This document shows positions 1 through 13,184 of a stretch of 64,000 bases of DNA, in pieces. The stretch is from Fonticula alba ATCC 38817 (taxonomy: Eukaryota > Protista > Nucleariida): NCBI GenBank assembly GCA_000388065.2, contig KB932205.1, one strand, 5' to 3'. A program made the position numbers and the translations under genes. Under the pieces are notes generated by a model. It did not search any database and was not told the origin of the DNA. It saw only the letters and a program-made list of their open reading frames with translations. How positions within the stretch are numbered: position 1 is the stretch's first letter; the number at the start of each line of letters is the position of its first letter.

Positions 1-716
1 CGTCGCATGGGAGGAAAAGCCGACAGCTTGAAGAGATCATAGCACTAACTGCACAGCTGCACAACACCCCACACACACACACACACACACACACACAAGG
101 ACACTCGTGAAAGGGCACCGAAAGGAGGGGATCATGAAACGAACCTGGCTACTTGGGCGCTGGTCGCATCTCCAGCACAGGTGGAGGAAGACACCCTTGA
201 GGGGGTTGTGTCGGCGAAGGAGGCCGGCCGGAGGATGCCATGCTCATCGATTTCAGCCAGGTTGGACTCGGGATCGGTGGCCTCCTCGGTGTTGGAGAGC
301 ACGCGCTCGGACAGGGCCTCGAGCAAAACCACCAGGCCCACCCCGAGCAAGAACCACGCCAGCACGGTGAGGTTCACGGCGTACGGGCTGGGGGGCGGGT
401 GGCCCGGGTCACCGGCCTGGCCGCCCAGAGCGGCCCGGGCCTCGGGAACAATTTCCGCCAGAGCCGCCCAGAGCATGGCGCCACAGCCGAGACCCAGCGA
501 GGCCGACAGAGCTCGTGGGCTTCGGGCGGCTGGCAGCAGAACGGCCGCCGCGCCGATCACAGTCCCAAGGCTGGCAATGAGGACGACACGCAGGCCGCGC
601 CCGGGGTCCAGGGTGCTGCCGGCGGTGGCCGCCTCGAGAGCCGCGCGGCCCAGGACCGCGGCCAGCCGCGGCCCTCCCGGCACCCCGGGGGCAGGCAGCG
701 CCGCTGGCAGGGGCAT
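1..716 (-). CDS. ZIP (ZupT-like) metal transporter, 5' part; gene runs off the left edge of the window
   Basis: ORF 132..767(-) has hydrophobic segments SLGTVIGAAAVLL, SASLGLGCGAMLWAALAEIVPEA and AWFLLGVGLVVLLE, matching ZIP TM1-3. Likely start ATG 716; probable donor near 146 followed by a (GT)n intron. Confidence 0.7.
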
Positions 717-3697
717 GAGCCGCGCGGTTGGCAAGCAGGTAGCAAAACACCCGGAGGAGGGGCACAATCAGGCTGGGGGGGGGCTCGGGGAAGGGATGGC
801 CGAGTGGCATGCGACTCGGCCGACCGGGGCGCGGGCAAGGACCGGAGGAGGAGGCTGCGTATATGTATGTGTGTGTGTGTCTGGGAGGAAAAAAGGAGGG
901 GGGAGGCAAAGAGGGAAAGGAGGTGGCGGATGACGGATTCCTGGGCTACGCCAGCGGGCGGGGCCCCTGGTACTCCATATAGCTGATCCGCGCTGGGGCG
1001 CCTGTTGCCAGCTCGGCGCAAAGACCGGGGGGGGCGGGGCTGGTATGGCGAGGCGACGCCAAGAGGGGAGAAGACGAGACGCGCATGCACACACCGGCAC
1101 ACATCGAGGAACCTCCCAGGAGACCGGAGGGGGGGGGGGGGGGCGCCGGGGCGATGACCATTTCCTCGAGGGCCCCCGGGAAAATATGGGCACGCCAGCT
1201 AGATCGCAGAACCACGCATTCTCCGGCCGATGGGGCGGGGGCTCGGTCGCGGGGAACATCCCGGCCCCTGGGAAGGGGCGGAGAACCGCAAGCAAGGGCC
1301 GGGGGAACGAAGACAACCGGGCCGGACCGAATTTTCCGAGGCGGCGACCGGCCGGGGGCGGGGCCAGTGGAGACCGGCCCCCGGCCCCTACCCTTGTTGC
1401 GGCCGATCGGCGCGGCGATCGCGGCCCCTCCCCCAAGCCGGGGAGCAGGGGCTGGGGGACGCCTCGCATAGCGGCATCCGGACAGAAAGGCACGTAAAGC
1501 CGGGGTGCACGCGGGCGGAGGTGGGAGGCGGGCTTCGTTGCATGCTGGCAAGCATGCCTGCGAGCGGGCGCCGGGTTTGTGGTCGTCCAGCCACGCGCAC
1601 ATGTCCAAGGCGAGGCGGCTGCCCGGAGCCCCCGAGGGAGACCCCACCTGAATGACACCCATCGCTCAGGCCGGCGCCCCTCAACCTGCTTGTCGCCCGG
1701 CCGCGAGCGCGCCTCGGAATCCCGCGATTCCGAGGACAGGGGAGGCAGAGAGAGAGAGAGAGGCAGAGACAGAGAAGGAGAGGCTGAGCGGGAGCAGCAA
1801 ACGGCAGGCCCCCGGACCGTCGGGCGTCTCGCGGGGGACGGGTCCCGGATCGCACGGGTGCCCGCGAGAGGGAGTCCAGATGCGCTTGCCGAGAACGCAC
1901 GGAGCCCGGCCCGACCCCCCGTGCCCCAGGGGCAGCAGGGAGGCTCAGCCGAGCGTGCGTATGCGCCGCCGCCCTTCGGCAGGGAGCGCTCTCACGAATC
2001 GTGAGAAAAAGTCGCGCGGAGCGCGGTCGCGCCAGAGGGCGCCCCTTCGCCGAGTCCACCCCGGAGGCTGACAGGGAGCGGCGGCTGTTAACAGACCAAG
2101 CACGGCGAGGGAGAGAGCGCCCCGCCCGGGCGCTCGGCCCGGTGACGCGCGGCGAAGGCCGCATCGGGCTCGGAGCGTGCAGTTTGCCCGCATCCCCGCC
2201 CCGTGCCCCCCGGCCGGTGCCTCCGGGCGGCCGCGCCGCAACTCGCCGCCCCGGGATCGAGAGCGGGCGAGGCGGCCCAGGAGGCCGGGGGTGAGCGGGG
2301 GAAAGAACGGCAGGGAGAAGGGAAGAAGGGTCTCGAGCCACCGCCTGCCCTGGCGCACGCGTCAGCACCGGGGGCCGGGGGCGGGGGGGGGGGGGGGGGG
2401 GCGAGGATCCTGGGGGGGGGGGGGGGGGGGGGGGGGACCGAGCCGAGGCACGGTCCGCTTGAGCAGGGCTGCTGGCCGTCCGACGCACGCTGACGGGGCG
2501 AGGCCCCCGGACGTCGGGACGCGGGGGCCCGATAGGGACTCGGCCTCCGAGCCCGGGGAAAGGAGGCCGGGATGCGGGTCGCCAAGGTGCAGGGCGTGCG
2601 GGGGGGGGGGGGGGGGGGGGGCAGCCTACGGCGAAGGCCCGTGCGACGGACAGCAGGAAGAAAAGGGCCCGATCCGCGCCCCACCCGAGCTCCCATGCCG
2701 AAAACGGCCCCCGGTAGGGGGGGCTCCGCGCGTCCGTGGGGTTCTCACTGCGAGTCTCAGTGCGCCGTTCGCTGGGGAACGCCTGCCACGGCCGAAGCAA
2801 GTCAAACGGACCTGGGGCGCGTCCAGGGAATAAACCCCCAGCCGGGCGACGCCCACGCACCTGGGGAGCCTGGTGTCCCAGAACATCTCCGAACAGCCGG
2901 GCGGGGCGCGGGGGCGCGGGGGCGCGGGGGCGCGGGGGACACCAGGGGAGGGGGGCCTCCACGCACGAGCCAGCATGCGCGGGCACACCCCTCGGGAACA
3001 GGGGGGAAAAGTGCCCGCCCCCTCTGCCGCCAGCTGGCAAGGGAGCCGCACGCGCGTGCACGCACACGGGCGCATGCGTAAGCAAATAAGTGCGCCCCGG
3101 CGCGCATTTTTCGCCTTCCACCTAAGTGCCGGCTGATCTCCTCGTGAGTGATCACGCCCGCCCTTCCCGCGCCATTCCACGCCATCCATTGGCATATGCC
3201 ACGGCTCCCCTGGATTCACCGGGGGCCGTTTGCGGCACGCACGGCCGATCGCCGCCACCGGCCCCGAGCCGGGAGCGGGACACCATCTCAGCCCGGCCAT
3301 TCCGTCTGATCCGGCCGACACCGGCGCGAAAGGACACGCCGGGCCAGGGGGGGAGAGAGACAGGGACACAGAGAGCGCCAGGGGGGGNNNNNNNNNNNNN
3401 NNNNNNNNNNNNNNNNNNNNNNNNNNNNNNNNNNNNNNNNNNNNNNNNNNNNNNNNNNNNNNNNNNNNNNNNNNNNNNNNNNNNNNNNNNNNNNNNNNNN
3501 NNNNNNNNNNNNNNNNNNNNNNNNNNNNNNNNNNNNNNNNNNNNNNNNNNNNNNNNNNNNNNNNNNNNNNNNNNNNNNNNNNNNNNNNNNNNNNNNNNNN
3601 NNNNNNNNNNNNNNNNNNNNNNNNNNNNNNNNNNNNNNNNNNNNNNNNNNNNNNNNNNNNNNNNNNNNNNNNNNNNNNNNNNNNNNNNNNNNNNNNN

Positions 3698-6481
3698 CCA
3701 CAATCAAGCCGCACCGCCTTGTCCGGGCCCTGGCCGAGCATCCCCAGCGGACATACGAGGTCCGTGCAGGCTCCACGACGAGCCCCCTGCTGTTGCCGAT
3801 GCCGGGTCCCTGACGCGCGCATCCCCCTGTCCCCTTTGTGCAGTCGGCGCTTGGGGTATTGAATTCCCTCCAGTCGAACTCGGGTGTCCTCGCGGCCGTG
3901 CATCGCGCGTGCATCGAAACCCCCGGCCCTCGGACTGACAAGTCTCCCCCCGAGGCTGCTGACGCCCCAAGCACCTGCCATGCCTCGGTTCCCGTCTTCG
4001 GCAAGGGGAACCCCATGAATGAGCGCAATTTGCCGGAGATGCGCGCCTGCCTCGCACGCATGGGCTACTCTGTACGATGAGGGTGGCCTTCTTCGCGCGG
4101 GCCTTGACGCGATGTCTCCCCCGGCCCTGGCCCCTTGCCACCCTGAACGTGTCCCACTGACCATCGATGCGCACACATAAATGCCCGACTCGACACTGGC
4201 AGGCTGGCGACTTTGACCAGCTCAATATCATCCATGTGACTGGCACCAAGGGCAAAGGCTCAGTCTGCGCCATGACCGAGTCTGTTCTCCGCAGCGCCTT
4301 CGAGGCGGCGGCCCCCCTGTCGGTGGACACCCGGCATCGGCCCCTCCGCACTGGGCTCTACACTTCGCCGCATCTGGTGCGTTGGAGGAGGGCGGCCGTC
4401 CGGCGGTGATGGCCCCTCGCGGCATGTGCACCCGGTCTGCTGACACGCCACACGCATGCATACACCGTGCAACCATGCTGCTATACATGCATGTGTATTT
4501 TTTTGTGTCAGATCGATGTCTGCGAACGTATCCGCCTCAACGGCCAGCCCATCAGCCAGGATGCCTTTGCTCGATACTTCTTCGAGACCGCCGATGCCCT
4601 GGTGACCGGTCGGCCACCGGCCGACGCCTCGGGCTGGCCACCATTCTCCGGGGGCACGGTTCCGCCGGTGGCCGAGCACGGCCCTGCGGAGGAAGCCGCG
4701 CCGGTTTCGAGCCCGGCCAACCCCCTGCCGGACTTGCCGCCGGTGTCCTACTTCCGCTTTCTGACCCTCATGGCGCTGCATGTGTTCATGCGCGAAAAGG
4801 TATGCCAGCGTCCTGCCACATGCTTTCCCTCTCTCTCTCTTGTCCTCTCCCTTTCTCTTTCTTTCTGCATTTCTCGCTGCTCCATTCGCCGCCCTGCCGC
4901 CCACTTACCAAGCCGGCACAAATGCCTCGCGTAGGTCGATGTGGCCATCCTCGAGGTTGGAATTGGCGGAGCCTATGACAGCACCAATGTAATCAAACAC
5001 CCGCTGGCGATCGGCATCACGCCGGTGGCCAACGACCATGCGGCCACCCTCGGCACCACGCGCGAGTCTGTTGCCTGGCACAAATCCGGCATCATCAAGG
5101 TACCACACGGCCCGGGGGCGCCCGCCGGCGATCCAGACAACCGGATCAGTCACCGTGCGGCTGAGATGCTGCCTAACATGTCGCCCCATCCCCCTGCTGC
5201 ATTTCCATTCCCCTCCTCGCCTCCCCGCCCCCCCCCCCTTGCATTTTCCCCCTCTCTCTCTCTCTGTCCGGCTTGGTTGTAGCCCGGCTGCCTGGCCTTC
5301 GCCACACGGGAAGACCAAACCCCGGCGGTCCTGGCAATGTTGGATGCTCGCGCGCAGGAACTCCAGGTATGTGTCTGTCATATGCGTCCTTTTCGGCCTG
5401 ACCGCGCCGGCCCTGCTAACCCGAGCAAATGGAAACCACACAGGCCCATGGCAATCGCATTGAGTATGTCACTCGAGGAGACTACCCGGCCGATGTCCTG
5501 GATGCGGTCAGCCTCTTTGGCGATCACCAGCGTCAGAATGCCGCTCTGGCTGGGGCTCTGGCGCGATCGGCCCTCGGTGTCCTGGCACGCTCCCCGGACC
5601 CGGCCCTCGCGACCCTGGCCCCGGTTGGTACGTGCCCAAATGCGCCTGCCATCTGGTTTTGCACGCACACCCAACCAATCCCAGCCTGAACACTCACCCG
5701 TGTGCATGCGCGTGTGTGTGTGTGTGTGTGTGTGCGTCTGTCCCCCGGCATGTGTCCCACCAAAGCCGAGGGCGATGCCTTCCTGGCAGCCATGCGCGAG
5801 GGGCTCAGCCAGGTCCAGTGGCCGGCCCGGTGCCAGACCATCGAGGGAGTTCCCGATCGGCCGGGCGTTCGGGCCTCGGAGGCCGGGCCCCGGGTGCTAA
5901 ACTACCATGTGGACGGTGCACACACCCCGGAGAGCCTGGCCCTGTGCGGCCAGTGGGTTGGTGGGGACGTGGTCCGGCGATCGCCCGGGCCCCTGGGGCT
6001 GCTGTTCACCTTCACCCACGGCCGAGATCCCGAGCAGCTCCTGGCCGCTCTGCTGGCCAACCTCCCGTCCGGGGCCACTGCCACACACCCGGCCGGGCTC
6101 TTTTCCATGGTGGCCTTCTGCCCGGCCCCGGTGGAGTTGAAGCCGGGCGCCGTGGCGGCCACCGTCTCCGAGCAGCCGGGGGCCGACCCGGCCGACTGGC
6201 CCGAATCGGCCGAGTACCACGAACAGGCGGCCCTGGTGGAGGCCTTCCGCCGGCTGGCTCCGGCCGGGGCCCCGGAGCCGCGGATCTTCCGCACCGTCGA
6301 CCAGGCCATGGCTCATCTGCATGCGAAGCTGCTCGATGAACAGGCCGCCGGGGCTGGTGGTGGCGGGCCGACGGCGGGTGCTCGTCCTGGGGTCGTCGTC
6401 ACGGGCAGCCTGTTGCTCTCGGGCGCGGTGCTCAGTCGGCTGCGCTTCGCGTATGGCGTTGGCCTGGGCCGGGGCGTGTAA
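3698..6481 (+). CDS. FPGS: Folylpolyglutamate synthase, multi-exon; 5' end lies in the gap at 3388-3697
   Basis: Spliced motifs RTYE|[26 protein letters not shown] (P-loop), [83 protein letters not shown]. Stop at 6479-6481. Confidence 0.95.
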
Positions 6482-7293
6482 GTGACATGGCTGCACGTAC
6501 GGGCACGGTGCCTGCCGGGGCCACACACCCCTCCGGACGTGCGTGCTCCCTTGCCATCCTGTATTCCGGCAAATAGATGTGAGGAAAAGGGAAGAAGGCC
6601 GCACGGCTGTCTTTTGCCCCGGGGCTCATGCCTGCGCTTGGCCGAAGATCCGGACATGCTGAAATGACGGGGACACGCCGATCGATGGGCAGACAGACGA
6701 ATGTGCACACTTGGGGGTATGTGTCCCCCCTCCCCCCCCCCGCTCAAACACCACACGCATGCACATTCGATGGCAGAGGCGCCGCCTCCTCCTCGCGCCC
6801 TTGGCCGTAGACGCATGGGCCAGGCGCGCGCCTGGACATCACGCACCGAGCAGCCCCCTCCCTCTCGACAACGCAAAGGGGGGGGGGGAGGAAAGAATGA
6901 GGTTGAAACTTTTATATTATATGGTTTTTTTAGGGGGGGAAAGGGGGAGAGGGGGGAGCGAGTTTGTCCCTCACTTTGTCGCCCTCTCTCTCGATCTATC
7001 TCGGCGTGTCCGGCGCCCAGAGAGGGGACAGCATCGCGCACAGGAGAGGGAACATCCAGCCTGGCACGCATGTTGTTCCCCACACCGGGGACGGAGAGAA
7101 AGGGACAGGCGAAGAGGCGACAAAGAGGGACCGCCCCCACGTGTGCTGTGGAGAAGGCGTGCGCATGTGCGGACGGCTGCGCGAGGACTGAGGGGGAGGG
7201 GAGTGGGGGGCCATCAATCACACACGCGCTACGGCTCCAGCGTCTACGCGAACATGTGTACAACCGGGAAGAGGACGGCGCGCAGCGCTTGTC

Positions 7294-8164
7294 TTACTGG
7301 TTGTGATAGCCGGAGTCGGTGTTGCCGGCCGGGGCCTGGACACCGGGGTCCTGGGTGGCGGTGTAGGTGCCATGGCTGGAGGTGGGCCCGGCACGGTCGC
7401 CCATCGGGCGGTGGTAGCCGGAGTCGGTGTTGCCGGCCGGGGCCTGCTTGCCGGGGTCCTGGGTGGCGGTGTAGCCAGCNNNNNNNNNNNNNNNNNNNNN
7501 NNNNNNNNNNNNNNNNNNNNNNNNNNNNNNNNNNNNNNNNNNNNNNNNNNNNNNNNNNNNNNNNNNNNNNNNNNNNNNNNNNNNNNNNNNNNNNNNNNNN
7601 NNNNNNNNNNNNNNNNNNNNNNNNNNNNNNNNNNNNNNNNNNNNTGCTTGCCGGGGTCCTGGGTGGCGGTGTAGCCAGCGTGGGAGGAAGTGGGACCGGC
7701 ACGGTCGCCCATCGGGCGGTGGTAGCCGGAGTCGGTGTTACCAGCGGCCTGCGAGACACAATCGGGGAAGGTCGAGCCCGGACAGGGGGAGGAGGGGAAC
7801 AGAGTCAGAGAACACGACCAGGGGGGGGGGGGCAGGGCGGGGCGGGCGGGGGGTGAAGGAGGAAGGCGACACGCACAGCCTGCTTGCCGGGGTCGTGAGT
7901 GGCGGTGTACTCGGCGTGCGAGGAGGTCGGGCCAGCGCGGTTACCCATCGGGCGGTGGTAGTTGCCGTCGGTGTTGCCGGCGGGGGCCATGGCACCCGGG
8001 TCGTGGGTCGAGGTGTACCCGGCGTGCGAGGAGGTCGGGCCGGCCAGATCACCGGAGCGACGGAAGCCGGGGCCGGTGGGGGCGGCGCCGTACATGCGGC
8101 CGGGGTCGTGGGTGGCCTTGTAGGTGCTGGTGGAGGAACCAGGGCCGGCAAGAGTGCGACGCAT
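7294..8164 (-). CDS. Hydrophilic protein made of ~36-aa tandem repeats (PAGNTDSGYHRPMGDRAGPTSSHAGYTATQDPGKQA); function unknown
   Basis: ATG 8164; intron 7876-7749 (GTGCGT...GCAG); ~108-nt repeat units on both sides of the N gap 7480-7644; TAA at 7296-7294; AT-rich 3' region near 6900-6930. Confidence 0.75.
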
Positions 8165-8534
8165 GATGTGGTGTCTGCGCCGTGTACGGGCGCCCGGGGA
8201 GGGGTGCGGGAGAGAGAGAGAGAGAGAGAGAAGGGGCATGAAAGTCAGTGGGCAGAGAGGAGGAGGAGGAGGAGAGAGGGAGATCGAAGAGGAGCATGAT
8301 GAAGAGGAGGAAGAACAAGGATGGGAGGCGGCAAGGCGCGGCCGGCAACGGGAGGGCGACATACAGTAAAAGGGACCGGGGTGGAACCGCGGAGGAAGGA
8401 GGGGCGGAGGACAAAAGGGGGAGAAAAGAACAATCCGAGGATCATCTGCCACGCCGCTGGACGAGCGACCCGGCGAGGGTGGGTGACTCTTATACCCATG
8501 CTCGCTGACGCATGCGCCCCCGCGCGCGCACACA

Positions 8535-8597
8535 CGCACAGACGCACAGACGCACAGACGCACAGACGCACAGACGCACAGACGCACAGACGTACGG
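8535..8597. repeat. 8-bp tandem repeat (GCACAGAC)n decaying into GTACGGAC
   Basis: About 7 copies directly visible. Confidence 0.9.
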
Positions 8598-10316
8598 ACG
8601 TACGGACCGGGGGGGGGGGGGGGGGCGGGGGGGGAAAACCCCCGGGGGCCGGGACGCACATCGGGCGCCACACACCCCGCGCACCTTCCACCAGGGACGC
8701 GGATTGTACCAGCCCCTCGCGCCCGGAAGTGGTGGGCAGGGGTGTCTCAGGGGCCCTGGGGGGTCGCAAGCCCGCGGCGCCGGAAACCATCGAGCTCGCC
8801 GGACGCCCCGTGTGCCTCGGGGCAGAATGCGCGGGAATGCATGTGCGCCGAGGGAGGCGGGCCGGGGCACACCGCCGCCGGCGAGGGGAGGGGGGAGGAT
8901 TATGCCGCGGGCTGGTGGGAATATGCTGGACTGCCGCGGCAAACGACGCCAGTGGAGGCCATGGTCCGCGGCCCGTCGCGCGCTCGTGCAAAGAGCCAGG
9001 AGAATTCCCCACGCCATCGCCCGAGAGAGCCCTGCAAAGGGCCTCTCCTGCACGATTGCCGCACGCGCGCGCTCTCGCCCCAACAGGCCGGGCGAGACAC
9101 TGGCCGGGCGCGGGGGTGGGCATTAATTTATCGGCCCATTGCACCCGGGCATGCCAGCAGCCCGGTATCCGACACTAGCGCGGCTAAGGATCTCCCTGCG
9201 AACCGGGCCGCCAGGCCCGAGCACATTCCTCGAGCTCCGGTTTACATGGGGAGCATGTGTCGGACGCCCGGCCGGCCCAGGGAGCCGCTGGGCGCCGGAA
9301 GGAGGTTGCTCCACCCGGGGCGCAGCCATCGCATGCGGGTGCCCCATCCTCCCTCGTCCGACCGACTGACCGGCAGGCAGACAGGACCTGCGGGGCGGGG
9401 GCCACTGTCGCGACATGCTGCAGCCGAAAGGGCGATTCACACCTGATGGGCCCTCCAACAAGGCGGATAATAAAAAACCCATATTACTCGTGCCGCCCGG
9501 CCTACGCCCCTTGGCGAAGCGTAAGGAGAAGCCGGGGCGCCCCTTTCGGCAGTGACAACAGCGCCCTGGAGAGGTCCCCACTGCACCAAGCGCGAGGGGC
9601 GGGGGGGGGGCGGGGCGCAGTCAGGACCCCCTTGCAACTTCCTGCCAAGCGCCGCGGCGGGGCCCCGGGCCGGCGCTTGACTCGCGTCCGCGTACGCGGG
9701 CGCACTCTTGCATTCTCCCGGCCCTCCCCCGGGGGTTTCCAGGCGGCCATACACACGGGCCGGTCGAGCACATTCCTCGCCCGCGCACCACGCAAGTGGT
9801 AGGCCCGACCCGCGGCCGCAGCCGAAAGACATGTCATTCCTGGCCCCCTGCGGAACCCCATCCCGTGCCGGCCAATCACCCCACCCCTCGCACACATGCC
9901 CGATCACACCACCACGTCCATGGGTCGGCAGCTCACGATGGCAGATCGCGGGCCAAGCCCAGCACCAGCCCCCGCCAATGGGGCCGGCCCGACTCGGACC
10001 CAAGATCGCCGAAGCACGCGTGTGTCTGTGTGTCTGTGTGCGTGTGTGTGTGTGTATGGCCACCGGCGGTGTCCTGGCTGGGAGACGCGTTGCGGTTCTT
10101 GCCGGCCGCCCTGCCCGCCATCCGACCCCCGGCCCGGAGCGTTTTGATGTACCAGCTGGGAGTCCTTGTTACATGCCGAAACGCCGAGCTAGCTGACTGC
10201 CTACCCCTGCCTGCCTGCCTGCCTGCCTCTCGCCTCCCGCCTCTCGCGCCTCCCGCCCCCGCCCTCCCTCTATCTCCCCTCGCCTGCCCTTTCGTTGCCT
10301 TCCCGCCCTGGTGCGC

Positions 10317-10605
10317 ATGCTTCGGCGGCACATTTCGCGCGTCGCCCTCGGCCGCACCTTCTGCACCTTCACCCCAGCACCCCGCCTCGTGCCTCGCTGC
10401 CGAAGCTTCTCCCACGTGCCCTTCGCCATGGGGCCCCCGGCGCCGGACGCTCGGTCCCTGCCCTGGCGCACATGGGATGCCGTGCCTGTCCAGTCGTCTG
10501 AGCGTTTTTTCTGCCTGACAATGGTGCGCGCATGCTCACGCCGCGCCGCCATCGGCAGGACCCCGGTCCGCCTCGGGATACTCACCTACGGCCTGTCCAC
10601 TGTCG

Positions 10606-10639
<34 letters not shown>

Positions 10640-12031
10640 CTAGCGCCGCTGGGTGGAGAACTTCGAACGCGTCATTCCGCCAGTCGGGCGGGTGGAGATT
10701 CGCGGCCAGCCGGCGGCCGTGCTGTCGGCCCTGCTGGCCGAGCAGGCGGATCTCGATGACGAGGCCCTCTTCCTGGAGCGGCAGCGCGCTCTCGAGGCCG
10801 GAGACTTCTCGCTGGAAGACAACCATCATCATGACCATGAGCAGTCGCCGGCCAGCCCGTACCATGACCATCCCTTTGGGGAGGATCTTTTGTTCAAATC
10901 GCGCGTCGGCCACCTGCCGGTGCGCGTGCTGGGCTTTGGCCCGGCGGCCCTGGCCTCCGAGGTGCCGTCCGATGCTCCCGGCCCGGAGGACATCTATGAG
11001 CTCCTGCTCCATGCCGAGCGCACTCTCCACAGCAGGCGCCCGGACAAGGACCAGCCGCTGGCCGAATTGGTGACCCTGGCCCGGTGGCCGGACGCCGACC
11101 GAGCGGGCTTCATCTATGCAGCGACCTTTGCCCCGGAGGGATCCCCGATCGAGGTGGCCGCCGGGCTGCCCTTCTACTACCCCCGGGCCCTGGCCTTCCG
11201 GCTGCTGTTCGCCCGATCAACCGGCAGCATGGCAGCCGCTCTGGCCATGCAGCCCGAGGACATGCAAACCGGGCCCGGCGGCCCCGGCAGGCCTCTCGAG
11301 GGGCGCGCCGGGCCACCCCCGCTGCCCGAGCATCCCGGCCCCTGGATTGCCCTGCAGTATGCTCCCCTGCCTGTGGGATCCGACCTGGGGCCCCGGGCCC
11401 CGGCGCACAATGCCCGTGCCTGGCAGCACATCCTGAAAAAGGCGCGGGCCTGGTGCGTCAATGCCCAGGTCGGATACCGGGGCCTGCGCAGCGAGCGCCT
11501 GCTCAGCTCGCTGGAGTACTCGGGCTTCGAGGCGCCGCTCGGCGGGACCCGGCCCCGGTCGACCGGCGTCACGCCGGCGTCCGAGCTCCGGTGGACTTCC
11601 GGTCGCACCCCGCGCCTCGATCGCGAGTGGCTGTATGTCGCGCTGAAGGAGCGCCTCGGGGCCCGGTGGCTGACCACCTGGTCGGAGTTCGAAACCACCG
11701 ACCCGGAGAAGAATGTCCACGAGGACTTGGCCATTGCGGCCTACCTGACGGCCCTGTGGCGTGCACATGGGTACTTCGGCCGGCCGGGGTCCCTGTGCGC
11801 GGCTCCCGAGGGCGACCGCGAGCCCGCCGCCCGGAGGCGATTGTACTTCGTGGATCTCGGCTGTGGGAATGGCTTCCTCACGTATGTCCTGCGGCAGGCC
11901 GGCTTCGAGGGGCATGGTGTGGACCTGGCCCGGCGGCGGATCTGGTCGGCCCTGTCGCCGGAGGCCGATCTTCGTGAGGGTGCGTGTCCAGCAGCGGCGC
12001 GGCCAGCCGGCGGGAGCGAGAGATAGAGAAG

Positions 12032-12064
<33 letters not shown>

Positions 12065-12924
12065 AGGGAGGGATCCATGTATGTTGCCTGTAGTCGGCTT
12101 GCCATTCTGACCTTCCCAATGCAGAGACCCTTCACCTTCCCACCCTCACCCTGGAGAATCCCTTCACCGATGGGCCTCGGCCGGGAGATGTGGTTTGGCT
12201 GATTGGCAACCATGCTGACGAGATCACCCCCTGGCTGCCGATCATTGCGGCCCGGACCGCGGCGGCGGCCAGGACCACGTCGGCCACCGGCGAGGGCCCG
12301 GCCATCTGCCTCTTCAGCATCCCCTGCTGCTTCCACGACCTGACTGGGCGCTTTACGCAGCTCGGCAAGGACCGGCTGGCTGGGCTGGCGGATCTCTGCG
12401 CCGCTGATGGGGTTGCCGGCCCGATGGAGCGTGGCAGCGGTGCCGCTGGCCAGGGCTGCGGCCGCTATGGCGAGTATCTCCTGTATAATGAGTTCCTGGC
12501 CCGGCGCTTGGGCCTGCACCTGGAAACCGACCTGCTGAAGATCCCGAGCACCAAGAACTACTGCCAGGTGGCTCGCTTTTGCCGGCGGCTTGGTGCGTGC
12601 TGCCAGTCAAGACACGTCCTCCCTCGGGGCTTCCCCCATATCGCTGACACCCTGATGACTCCATCTCCGCCCCTTCGGGGGGGTCGCTTGGGCCGCGGCG
12701 AATGCCCAGATCCCGTCGAGCTGGATCGACGCATTGAGGCCCTGCTGGAGGAGGCTGGCTATCGCGGCTTCACCGGGCCTGGGGCTGTCTCCGAGCCGGG
12801 CACCGAGGGGGGCGGCATTTGGAAGCCACGCGTTGCCGACCGCGAGCTTACTCGAGCAGCCTTCCTGAAGAAGAAGCTCCGTCCGGCGACACGCTCGGCC
12901 TCGCCCCCGGCCCCAATCGAGTGA
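10317..12924 (+). CDS. TRM44: tRNA (uracil-O2')-methyltransferase Trm44
   Basis: Exons ~10317-10523, 10644-11979, 12125-12924. Motifs KNVHEDLAIAAYL, FVDLGCGNGFLTYVL, GHGVDLARRRIW, WLIGNHADEITPW, IPCCFHD, LKIPSTKN. Confidence 0.9.
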
Positions 12925-13184
12925 GTGTGTGTGTGTGTGTGTGTATGTGCCCCGCCCACCCTCTCTGCTTGTGCAGCTATCCTTCTTGACTGCGAACATG
13001 GAGACAGGTTTGATGATGGTGTGTTTCGCATGGGATGTACATTGTGAGCTGGGAGGCTGCAAACCAAGCCGCGGGACAGGGGAGGGGGGCGGGGGTCTAT
13101 GTCGTGCATGGGAGCAGCCTGCCAGGGGGGGAGGGAGGGAGGGAGGCAAGGTGAGCCTAACCTCGGTCCAGGGGTCCGGCGCAC

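Noticed and set aside
1000-3387. Long ORFs on both strands (e.g. 1388..3121 minus)
   Set aside because: Low-complexity Pro/Arg/Gly translations expected from stop-poor GC-rich DNA; no domain motifs or coherent splice structure.
7300-7760. Regular ~108-bp repeats that could suggest a CRISPR-like array
   Set aside because: The whole unit repeats with no unique spacers, it is in frame with a spliced ORF, and the context is eukaryotic with no cas genes.
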